A stretch of 39,693 nt of DNA from Escherichia phage ST31. A program made the position numbers and the translations under genes. The notes beneath the pieces are model-generated. The model was not told the origin of the DNA and ran no database searches. It was given only the letters and a program-made list of their open reading frames with translations. Every line of letters starts with the position of its first letter. Position 1 is the stretch's first letter. The stretch is taken from the sequence record NC_047829.1; one strand, given 5' to 3'. This document shows positions 8,382 to 17,428 of the stretch, in pieces.

Positions 8382-8833
8382 TGGCCCAATGGTCTGCAAA
8401 ACGGGGGCACTCTGTGGGTGCCTACCGCTCTGGACTTGAAGCCAAGAACCAGCAGTGGCTGGAACAGAACGGCGTCAAAGCGGAGTACGAAAGCCATTAT
8501 ATCAACTATGTGATTCCGGCTTCCGACCACAAGTATACACCAGACTTTATCCTTCCTAACGGTATCATCGTGGAGACCAAAGGTATCTTCGATAGTGATG
8601 ACCGTAAGAAGCACCTTCTGGTACGAGAACAGCACCCAGAGTTAGACATCCGGTTCGTGTTCTCAAGTTCCCGCTCCAAGTTATACAAAGGGTCTCCGAC
8701 CACGTATGGCGCATGGTGCGAAAAGAACGGCTATAAGTATGCCGATAAGTTTATCCCGGTTGAGTGGCTGCGTGAGGCGACTGTACGTCTGCCTTCAGGT
8801 ATCCTCATCCCCAAGAAGAAAGGAGTTAAGTGA
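8381..8833 (+). CDS. Endonuclease I, Holliday junction resolvase (T7 gene 3 homologue)
   Basis: 150 aa; YTPDF.LPNGI.VETKG, DRKKHLL.REQHPELDIR.VFSSSR.KLYKGSPT blocks. Confidence 0.95.
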   Translation: MAQWSAKRGHSVGAYRSGLEAKNQQWLEQNGVKAEYESHYINYVIPASDHKYTPDFILPNGIIVETKGIFDSDDRKKHLLVREQHPELDIRFVFSSSRSKLYKGSPTTYGAWCEKNGYKYADKFIPVEWLREATVRLPSGILIPKKKGVK

Positions 8834-9303
8834 TGACTCAGAAATATAAAATTAAAGTTAGCGCCTACGGGTGGCCTAAAGATACTATCGTCACAAAATG
8901 TGCGAAAGACCCATCACCAGTCCTTGGAAGGACTCTGGTGGAATCCTCCGAGCGTGGCGACTACAAGCACGGTAGCGCGGGTCCTAACACGCAGCCTGAC
9001 GGAATGTGGGGAGCATGGGTTTTAAATAAATATCTTGAGGAAATTGTAGAGGATAAACCTCAAGTCCTGCCAGCCTCAAGTGTCCCTCCTGTCACAGTTA
9101 AACGTGAAGTCCTGACCATCAACAAGATTGGTGTAGGTCAGACGTTCATCGTCCACGGTAAGCCTGACGAAGTGTACGTGAAGATTAGCAACTCTCACGT
9201 CTTCAACCATAAGTTGCTCCAGATGCACACGACTGACGCACAGCGCTTCCAGTCACATCTGAATCTGGTCGTAGTAGAGCTGGTGGTGTACAATGGTAAG
9301 TAA
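8830..9303 (+). CDS. Hypothetical protein (157 aa) inserted between endonuclease I and amidase
   Basis: ORF track; AAAGGAG RBS; start overlaps gene 3 stop and stop overlaps amidase start; T7 has no gene here. Confidence 0.6.
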   Translation: MMTQKYKIKVSAYGWPKDTIVTKCAKDPSPVLGRTLVESSERGDYKHGSAGPNTQPDGMWGAWVLNKYLEEIVEDKPQVLPASSVPPVTVKREVLTINKIGVGQTFIVHGKPDEVYVKISNSHVFNHKLLQMHTTDAQRFQSHLNLVVVELVVYNGK

Positions 9304-9751
9304 GGTTCAGTTCAACCCACGGTCCCGGACTGACGCTATCTTCGTTCACTGTTCGGCTACCAAGCCAGATATGGACATCGGGGTAGAGACCATCCGTATG
9401 TGGCATAAGCAGCAAGGCTGGCTGGACGTAGGCTACCACTTTATCATCAAGCGCGATGGCACTGTGGAAGAGGGTCGCCCGGTCAATGTCGTAGGGTCAC
9501 ACGTTAAGGACTGGAACTCCAAGTCCGTAGGCGTCTGCCTTGTAGGTGGAATTGACGCTAAGGGCAAGTTTGAAGCTAACTTCACTCCAGCCCAGATGGA
9601 CTCCCTGCGCAACAAGCTGGCTGACCTGAAGGCCCTGTATCCTCAGGCAGAAATCAAAGCACACCATGACGTAGCACCTAAGGCGTGTCCAAGTTTCGAC
9701 TTGCAACGCTGGTTGACTACCAACGAACTGGTCACTTCCGACCGTGGTTAA
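9293..9751 (+). CDS. N-acetylmuramoyl-L-alanine amidase / T7-lysozyme-like RNAP inhibitor (gene 3.5 homologue)
   Basis: 152 aa; DAIFVHCSATKP, GWLDVGYHFIIKRDGTVE, VGVCLVGG, HHDVAPKACPSFDL, C-terminal NELVTSDRG. Confidence 0.95.
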   Translation: MVSKVQFNPRSRTDAIFVHCSATKPDMDIGVETIRMWHKQQGWLDVGYHFIIKRDGTVEEGRPVNVVGSHVKDWNSKSVGVCLVGGIDAKGKFEANFTPAQMDSLRNKLADLKALYPQAEIKAHHDVAPKACPSFDLQRWLTTNELVTSDRG

Positions 9752-9775
9752 TAAACTCTAAAGGAGAACAACTCA

Positions 9776-9991
9776 GTGATTAAACTTATCGAATTTCTTG
9801 GTCGTCTGGTGGTGCGTGGTTATCGTCGTGCTGCGGTACTGGAACGAAAGGTAGAAAAGAAGACTGCTGACGGTGCGGCTGAGGCTGCTGCTCTGGCTGA
9901 CAAGCTGACCATTGCGTCACTGGAAGCTGGCATGAAGGCACGTCAAGCTGACACCAAAGCTGACCAGTTGGCCCAGTTCTTCAAAGCCTAA
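9776..9991 (+). CDS. Hypothetical protein (71 aa), probable GTG start
   Basis: ORF track; AGGAGA RBS before GTG 9776; alanine-rich helical product. Confidence 0.45.
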   Translation: MIKLIEFLGRLVVRGYRRAAVLERKVEKKTADGAAEAAALADKLTIASLEAGMKARQADTKADQLAQFFKA

Positions 9992-10009
9992 ACTATCACC
10001 TTAGGGATG
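9987..10009 (+). promoter_or_regulatory. Degenerate phage promoter-like sequence (CACCTTAGGG)
   Basis: AAACTATCACCTTAGGGA; two core mismatches; may be weak or inactive. Confidence 0.35.
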
Positions 10010-10054
10010 GGACCGTGAGTCCTGTCCCTTTGTTCGCATTTGTGATTAAGAAAT

Positions 10055-10133
10055 GTCTCCATAGCTCAAACGGTAGAGCGGCGGGTCGTGATGGCCTATT
10101 GCGATTAGGGTTCGAATCCCCGTGGAGACGCCA
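10055..10133 (+). tRNA. tRNA-like element (candidate tRNA or degenerate tRNA), anticodon unresolved
   Basis: Perfect 7-bp acceptor stem GTCTCCA/TGGAGAC then G-CCA; canonical D arm TAGCTCAAACGGTAGAGC; T loop GGTTCGAATCC; anticodon stem does not pair cleanly by hand (one fold gives loop GTCGTGA, anticodon CGT). Confidence 0.4.
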
Positions 10134-10144
10134 CTAAGGAGTGA

Positions 10145-11848
<1,704 letters not shown>

Positions 11849-11890
11849 GCGTGATATAGCTGATTATAAGAATTTTATGGAGGACCGTTA

Positions 11891-12055
11891 GTGTTAAAGA
11901 AACTTAAAGCTCGCTACCATCGGTTCATGTACAAATGGTGGAGCGAGGAAGCAACCTGCCTGTCCAACATTCTGGGAGACCAAAGGTTCGACTCTAAGGC
12001 ATGGAAGAAGGCTAACCGTAAGTTCATGTACCACTTCTTACGTACAGACTTCTAG
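11891..12055 (+). CDS. Small hypothetical protein (54 aa), GTG start
   Basis: GGAGG 7 nt upstream of GTG 11891; basic and aromatic-rich; translated by eye. Confidence 0.3.
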   Translation: MLKKLKARYHRFMYKWWSEEATCLSNILGDQRFDSKAWKKANRKFMYHFLRTDF

Positions 12056-12056
12056 G

Positions 12057-12103
12057 TCTAGACTCAAGGTCATTCACAGCGAGTGGCCTTTATGATTAGA
12101 CTA
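12057..12103 (+). promoter_or_regulatory. RNase III processing hairpin (T7 R1.1-like)
   Basis: AGACTCAAGGTCATTCACAGCGAGTGGCCTTTATGATTAGAC; second copy of the conserved hairpin. Confidence 0.6.
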
Positions 12104-12118
12104 AACGGAGGATTAACC

Positions 12119-14290
12119 ATGTTTGACCTTAAGAGTATCTGGGGTTCTGACATCGAGACCAACGGTCTCCTTGATACAGTCTCCCAGTTCCACTGTGGGG
12201 TCCTGATTAACGCCGAGTCGAATGAGACCCTTAAGTATGGGGTAGCTCCGATGGTCGGTATCGTCGGTGGCTTCAAAGAGTATGTGCATAAAGTGGAAGA
12301 GATTGCCGCATCACCTGATGGTATGCTTGTCTTCCATAACGGTATCAACTATGACGTCCCGGCTATAGACAAGCTGAAGCGTCTGTACTTTGGGAAACGC
12401 TTTAACTTCCCGAAACACAAGATGATTGATACCTTGGTGCTGGGCCGCTTGATGTATCCAAACATTAAGTTCTCAGACATGGGCGCGGTGAAAGCTGGTC
12501 GTCTGCCACCTAATATGATGGGACGTCAGTCTCTTGAGGCTTGGGGTTATCGTCTTGGTGAGATGAAAGGTGAGTACAAACACGATTACGTTGCCAAGTG
12601 CAAGGCTGAAGGTATCGAATATAAGGCTGGGGACGAATGGTTGTTCCCGTCTCAGGAGATGCTGGACTATAACGTTCAAGACGTTGTGGTCACGCTGGCG
12701 TTGTTCAAGAAGTTCCTGACTGACAAGTATTACTTCCAGTCTGAACAGTTCGCTTTCGACCAGATTTATGCGTTGCGGCTGGAACATGATGCTGCGTGGA
12801 CCTGTGCGAAGATGGAACGTAACGGCTATCCGATGAACACCGAGATGGTCGAAGGCTTATATCGTGAACTAACCGTCAAACGTGCAGAGCTGCTAGACAA
12901 GCTGCGTTCGACTTTCGGTAGCTGGTACGCACCAAAGGGAGGCAAGGAGTTCTTCAAGCACCCCAGGACAGGCAAGGACCTTCCGAAGTATCCGCGAGTC
13001 GTGTATCCTAAGGTTGGTGGCATCTTTAAGAAGCCTAAGAACAAAGCTCAACGCTTAGGTCTTGAACCTTGTGAGCGCGATACGCGAGACACGATGGAGG
13101 GAGCACCGTTCACACCTATCACTTACGTTGAGTTTAATCCGGGAAGCGGAGACCACTTAGCGAAAGTCTTGATGGAGCGTGGCTGGGAGCCTGTGGACTT
13201 CACTGACACCGGGAAACCTGTAGTCGATGACGAGACGTTAGAACACGTTAAGTTACCAGACGCAGAGGCTCAGGCTTGCGTAGAGCTGGTCCGTGAGTAT
13301 CTTGTAGTCCAGAAGAGAATCGGGCAGGCTGCTGAAGGTAAGAACGCATGGTTGAAACTTGTAGGTCCAGACGGACGTATGCATGGTTCAATCAACCCAT
13401 GCGGGGCAGTAACCGGACGTGCGACTCACAGTTCACCAAACATGGCTCAGGTCCCGGCTAACGGTGCTCCATATGGTGAGACTTGCCGTGGTGCTTTCGG
13501 TGCAGCTTGGAACAAGACGGATGGTAAGCCAGACCCTTGGATTCAAGTGGGTGTGGATGCCTCAGGTCTTGAGCTTCGTTGTCTGGGGAACCGAGCAGCT
13601 CCGTTTGATGGTGGTGCCTATGCGAAGACTGTGGTCGAAGGTGACATCCACTGGGCCAACGCAGTCAACGCTGGGTTAGCACCTAACGTCCCACGCGATA
13701 AATCGAACCACGATCATGAGGCTTTCCGTAACAACGCTAAGACGTTCATCTATGCGTTCCTGTATGGTGCAGGAGCAGCTAAGATTGGACTGATAGTCGG
13801 CGGTGGTAAGAAGGAAGGTTCAGCTCTCATGAAGAAATTCATTGAGGGTACACCAGCCATCAAGGACCTCAGGGAAGCTGTGAGTAATACGTTAATCTCA
13901 GACTCTAAGTGGGTGGACGGAGAGAACATCGTCAAGTGGAAACGCCGTTGGTTGCGTGGACTTGATGGTCGCCGTATCCACATCCGGTCGCCGCACTCAG
14001 CACTTAACGCCTTACTTCAAGGAGATGGCGCGGTAGTCTGTAAGCACTGGATTGTTGAGACTGAACGTATGCTCGAAGAGGCCGGGTATGTTCACGGCTG
14101 GGAAGGTGACTTTGCGTACATGGCATGGGTCCACGACGAATTGCAGATTGCGTGTCGTACTCAGGAGATTGCCGAAGAAGTCGTCAAGATTGCTCAACTT
14201 GCTATGCGTAAGGTGGGTGAGTTCTATAACTTTAAATGTGTCCTTGATACCGAAGGTAAGATTGGACCAACTTGGAAGGAGTGTCACTAA
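12119..14290 (+). CDS. DNA polymerase (T7 gene 5 homologue), 3'-5' exonuclease plus family A polymerase
   Basis: 723 aa from ATG 12119 (GGAGG RBS); DIETNGLL...FHCGV, LEAWGYRLGEMKGEYK, FGSWY, AVTGRATHS, NAKTFIYAFLYGAG, GLDGRRIHIRSPH, FAYMAWVHDE; track start 12083 is an upstream GTG I do not favour. Confidence 0.97.
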   Translation: MFDLKSIWGSDIETNGLLDTVSQFHCGVLINAESNETLKYGVAPMVGIVGGFKEYVHKVEEIAASPDGMLVFHNGINYDVPAIDKLKRLYFGKRFNFPKHKMIDTLVLGRLMYPNIKFSDMGAVKAGRLPPNMMGRQSLEAWGYRLGEMKGEYKHDYVAKCKAEGIEYKAGDEWLFPSQEMLDYNVQDVVVTLALFKKFLTDKYYFQSEQFAFDQIYALRLEHDAAWTCAKMERNGYPMNTEMVEGLYRELTVKRAELLDKLRSTFGSWYAPKGGKEFFKHPRTGKDLPKYPRVVYPKVGGIFKKPKNKAQRLGLEPCERDTRDTMEGAPFTPITYVEFNPGSGDHLAKVLMERGWEPVDFTDTGKPVVDDETLEHVKLPDAEAQACVELVREYLVVQKRIGQAAEGKNAWLKLVGPDGRMHGSINPCGAVTGRATHSSPNMAQVPANGAPYGETCRGAFGAAWNKTDGKPDPWIQVGVDASGLELRCLGNRAAPFDGGAYAKTVVEGDIHWANAVNAGLAPNVPRDKSNHDHEAFRNNAKTFIYAFLYGAGAAKIGLIVGGGKKEGSALMKKFIEGTPAIKDLREAVSNTLISDSKWVDGENIVKWKRRWLRGLDGRRIHIRSPHSALNALLQGDGAVVCKHWIVETERMLEEAGYVHGWEGDFAYMAWVHDELQIACRTQEIAEEVVKIAQLAMRKVGEFYNFKCVLDTEGKIGPTWKECH

Positions 14291-14580
14291 TGGCTATGAC
14301 CAAACGTATGCGAGTTTCGTTCTCGCTGGGTGCTGTACTGTCCACCGAAGACGTGGATCATTTCAAGAAGTCTCTTTGTAAGCTGAGCCGTAAGGTTCTG
14401 AACGGAGAGAATACCACTGGCTTAGAGCGTAAGATGGTAGAGGTAGGTGCTACAGAGGGTCTGGAAGCTGTGGTAGAGCTTGTCATTAAGAAAGGCATTG
14501 TTGATGGCCTGAAAGAAGACCTGAGTAGTTACGCTGACAAACCCAGCTTCGGAGACTTCCGAGTGGAGTTCAAGCAATGA
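14290..14580 (+). CDS. gp5.5-like protein (T7 gene 5.5 homologue)
   Basis: Start at internal ATG 14290 of track ORF (AAGGAG RBS, overlaps polymerase stop); MAMTKRMRVSF matches T7 gp5.5 MAMTKKFKVSF as recalled. Confidence 0.8.
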   Translation: MAMTKRMRVSFSLGAVLSTEDVDHFKKSLCKLSRKVLNGENTTGLERKMVEVGATEGLEAVVELVIKKGIVDGLKEDLSSYADKPSFGDFRVEFKQ

Positions 14581-14786
14581 GTGAATACTTACGGGTCCTA
14601 GCGGCCCTTAAGTCCGGCCCGAAGACCTTCCAGTCCAACTATGTGCGCAACAACGCTGCACTTGTGGCTGAGGCTGCGAGTCGTGGACATCTAAGCTGTC
14701 TGTCTATGGATGGGCGTAACAACGGTGCGTGGGAGATTACCGCTGCTGGCACCAAGTTCCTGAACCAACACGGAGGCTGCCTGTGA
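14577..14786 (+). CDS. gp5.7-like protein (T7 gene 5.7 homologue)
   Basis: 69 aa; MSEYLRVL..LKSGPKTFQSNYVRNNAALVAEAASRGH..GAWEITAAGTKFL matches T7 gp5.7 as recalled. Confidence 0.85.
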   Translation: MSEYLRVLAALKSGPKTFQSNYVRNNAALVAEAASRGHLSCLSMDGRNNGAWEITAAGTKFLNQHGGCL

Positions 14787-15649
14787 GCGAAAAGAAAATA
14801 GCTCTGGTTCTGGATGGTGACTATCTGGTCTTCTCTTCTATGGCTGCTGCCGAGGACGAGACAGACTGGGGTGATGACATCTGGACCCTTATCTGCGACC
14901 ATGAGAAGGCTCGTCGTATCCTTGAGAACACCATCGCTGAAATCGTTAAGAAGCGAAAGGCGTGGAAAGACGCTAAGATTGTTATGTGCTTTACTGACGA
15001 TAACAACTGGCGTAAGGACGTTCTGCCTACCTATAAGGCCAACCGTAAAGGTTCTCGCAAGCCTGTAGGTTACAAGAAGTTCGTAGCAGAAGTGATGGCT
15101 GACCCACGGTTCAACAGCTTCCTACGTCCTACGCTTGAAGGTGATGACTGTATGGGTATCATCGGGACCCGACCTCAGATTGTCGGGTGTGACCATGCGG
15201 TGCTGGTGTCCTGTGACAAGGACTTCAAGACCATCCCGAACTGTGAGTTCTACTGGTTGACCACTGGCGAAATCCTGAGTCATACGACTGCCGAGGCAGA
15301 CTACTGGCACATGGAGCAAACCATCAAGGGTGACACTACAGATGGCTACGGCGGTATTCCGGGGATGGGTGAGGACACCACTCGTGCATTCCTTGATGAG
15401 CCGTACTACTTCGTGCAGGAGAGCCGAGAGCTTAAGACTGGTAAGAACAAAGGCCAGATTAAGACTGAGTGGAAGAAGTATCCGAAGCGTGAAGACATGA
15501 CGCTGTGGGACTGCATGGTGACTCTGGCTGCTAAAGCTGGGATGACCGAGGAGGAACTTCTGGTCCAAGCTCATGTCGCTCGTATTTGTCGAGCCTCCGA
15601 CTATGACCCTAAGTCCAAGGAGGTCATCCTGTGGACACCATCCATGTAA
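14783..15649 (+). CDS. 5'-3' exonuclease (T7 gene 6 homologue)
   Basis: Probable GTG start 14783 (GGAGG RBS, overlaps 5.7 stop); LDGDYLVF, NWRK, YKANRK, KPVGY, CDKDFKTIPNC, TIKGDTTDGY, LWDC...AGMTEE; track start 14729 lies inside gene 5.7. Confidence 0.93.
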   Translation: MSEKKIALVLDGDYLVFSSMAAAEDETDWGDDIWTLICDHEKARRILENTIAEIVKKRKAWKDAKIVMCFTDDNNWRKDVLPTYKANRKGSRKPVGYKKFVAEVMADPRFNSFLRPTLEGDDCMGIIGTRPQIVGCDHAVLVSCDKDFKTIPNCEFYWLTTGEILSHTTAEADYWHMEQTIKGDTTDGYGGIPGMGEDTTRAFLDEPYYFVQESRELKTGKNKGQIKTEWKKYPKREDMTLWDCMVTLAAKAGMTEEELLVQAHVARICRASDYDPKSKEVILWTPSM

Positions 15650-15723
15650 TCTACTGGGCTGGACTTCTGGCCCTTTACTGCATGTACAAGTGGTTCGGGT
15701 CGAACAACCGTCCTAAACACTGA
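15631..15723 (+). CDS. Possible small membrane peptide (30 aa), GTG start
   Basis: AAGGAGG 7 nt upstream of GTG 15631; single hydrophobic segment; overlaps end of gene 6; speculative. Confidence 0.25.
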   Translation: MDTIHVIYWAGLLALYCMYKWFGSNNRPKH

Positions 15724-15775
15724 GTCTAGCCGATAGTCATATCCTATCAATCCAACAGTCATCCATAGGTGAAAC

Positions 15776-15798
15776 ACTAAACTATCACTATAGGGACT
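15776..15798 (+). promoter_or_regulatory. Phage RNA polymerase promoter
   Basis: AAACTATCACTATAGGGAC. Confidence 0.75.
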
Positions 15799-15859
15799 TT
15801 AGGCCCTAAGATATGACTATAAGATAGACTTTAGTCTTAACTTAAAGAGGAGATTCAAG

Positions 15860-16132
15860 ATGGCAATTAATGCTATTGAAAACGTTGTTAAGCAGTTACA
15901 GGAAGAAAGACCTGATGTCCCTAACATCTCCCAGTCTGCCATCCAGTTCCTGCACGTATTGTTCAACGCAAGCTACGCTGAGAAGATGGGAGCTATTAGT
16001 CTCCTCAAGCAGCAAGGCTACAGCGATGCGTTCATTGCAGGGTTCATCAAGGGTCTCCAGTATTGCTCTGACACTCTCGACTCTGCGATTGCTATGCGTC
16101 GTGAGCTGAAAGATACCGTTCAGTTCGATTAA
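15860..16132 (+). CDS. Hypothetical protein (90 aa), T7 gene 6.5 position
   Basis: ORF track; AGAGGAG RBS; assigned by position only. Confidence 0.55.
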   Translation: MAINAIENVVKQLQEERPDVPNISQSAIQFLHVLFNASYAEKMGAISLLKQQGYSDAFIAGFIKGLQYCSDTLDSAIAMRRELKDTVQFD

Positions 16133-16146
16133 CTGTAGGAGGGACT

Positions 16147-16371
16147 ATGTGTTTCAGTCCAAAGATTAGCACTCCGAAGCCTTCGGTCCAAGCACCTGAA
16201 CCAGCACCTCTGAGTGAGGAAGTTGCGTCAGTTGACATCGGGGCTGAATCTGATGTGGACACCAACGAGACCAAAGGTATCAAAGACCTGAAGGTCAAGA
16301 AGGAGTCTGCACCTAAAGATAAATCGTCAGTGAGTCGCGCTATGCGAGCCTCTGGCGTAAACATGGGGTAA
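16147..16371 (+). CDS. gp6.7-like small virion protein
   Basis: 74 aa beginning MCFSPKI, which I recall as the start of T7 gp6.7; GGAGGG RBS. Confidence 0.6.
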   Translation: MCFSPKISTPKPSVQAPEPAPLSEEVASVDIGAESDVDTNETKGIKDLKVKKESAPKDKSSVSRAMRASGVNMG

Positions 16372-16375
16372 GACA

Positions 16376-16780
16376 ATGCTACCATATCTCAACTCACGCG
16401 AAGGTCGCCACATGTGCGCTTGTCGCCTCTGGGAAGACGGGCAGTCTAACTTCAAGTCATTCGAGGACTTCAAGGCTCATACTTACCGTATGGCTGACGA
16501 GTTCGATGGTGAAGAGTACACAATCTACGATGTCTCAGGTCAACCAGTAGCGTATCTCTACATGCTGGCTACCGCATCTTGGCACAGACCGACTCCCGGT
16601 CTTGACCTTTCAATCGTCGCTATTCGTCGTGACTCGCAGTCCTCCCGCAAGGTTCTTGAGACTGTCAGGCACATCGTAAACGAAGAGTGCAAGCGTTGGG
16701 GTCTTGGCTGGTATTCTCGTGTCAAGCATGTTTCTGGGTCGGTAGATATCGTAACAACTAAGGAGATTAACCGTGGGTAA
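16376..16780 (+). CDS. gp7-like protein (T7 gene 7 position)
   Basis: 134 aa by ORF track; start uncertain (alternative internal ATG giving MCACRLW...); assigned by position. Confidence 0.5.
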   Translation: MLPYLNSREGRHMCACRLWEDGQSNFKSFEDFKAHTYRMADEFDGEEYTIYDVSGQPVAYLYMLATASWHRPTPGLDLSIVAIRRDSQSSRKVLETVRHIVNEECKRWGLGWYSRVKHVSGSVDIVTTKEINRG

Positions 16781-17021
16781 ATCAATCAGTAAGGCTTTCA
16801 AGAAAGTGGTGAAAAGTACGCTAGGGACCGTTGGTCTTGGAGCTGACGATGCACCTAAGGTTGTTGAGGCTCAGACCCCAGCAGCACCAGTGGAAGTACC
16901 GAACGACAAAGTGGAGGATGTGGATACTGAAACAACCGCATCTGACGAGAAGAAAGTGAAGCGTTCCGGTAAGCGTAGCCTTCAGGTCTCTCGCACCTCT
17001 GGTGGCGGTATTTCTATATGA
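16773..17021 (+). CDS. gp7.3-like tail-associated virion protein
   Basis: 82 aa; N-terminal MGKS..KAFKKVVKS and C-terminal KRSLQVSRTSGGGISI match T7 gp7.3 (KKSLSVARSSGGGINI) as recalled. Confidence 0.8.
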   Translation: MGKSISKAFKKVVKSTLGTVGLGADDAPKVVEAQTPAAPVEVPNDKVEDVDTETTASDEKKVKRSGKRSLQVSRTSGGGISI

Positions 17022-17428
17022 CAGACTGCATACTGCATAAGGGCTGCGTAAATAATGCTGGATATGGCCTGAAGTGGTATGCAGGTAAGCTGCGGGGAGC
17101 GCATGTAGTGTCCTACCTAAAACACAAAGGTCCCATACCAGAAGGTCTAGTGGTGATGCATTCCTGCGACAATAGACTATGCGTCAATCCCGAACACCTG
17201 AGCGTTGGTACTTATAGCGATAACATGGTAGACTGTGTTTCCAAAGGTAGAAAGAACGCTCCACATAGTGACAGCCATTACAACTCAAAGCTAACAGCCG
17301 AAGATGTTAAGTCCATACGAAAGTCAGGGCTAACAGCGACAGAGCTTACCTCTGCATATCCGGGAGTAGCTAGGAGAACGCTGTCTGACGTATTAACAGG
17401 TAAAACATGGAGGCACGTAGATGGCTGA
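17018..17428 (+). CDS. HNH homing endonuclease-like protein (T7 gene 7.7 position)
   Basis: 136 aa; classic HNH signature HSCDNRLCVNPEHL; overlaps both neighbours by a few nt. Confidence 0.85.
   Translation: MTDCILHKGCVNNAGYGLKWYAGKLRGAHVVSYLKHKGPIPEGLVVMHSCDNRLCVNPEHLSVGTYSDNMVDCVSKGRKNAPHSDSHYNSKLTAEDVKSIRKSGLTATELTSAYPGVARRTLSDVLTGKTWRHVDG

Noticed and set aside
12083-12118. Upstream GTG start giving a 12-aa N-terminal extension of DNA polymerase
   Set aside because: The extension lies inside the RNase III hairpin and lacks an RBS; ATG 12119 has GGAGG at ideal spacing and matches the T7 gp5 N-terminus.
14729-14782. Upstream ATG start for the exonuclease gene
   Set aside because: It lies inside gene 5.7; GTG 14783 has a GGAGG RBS and yields the N-terminus aligning with T7 gp6.
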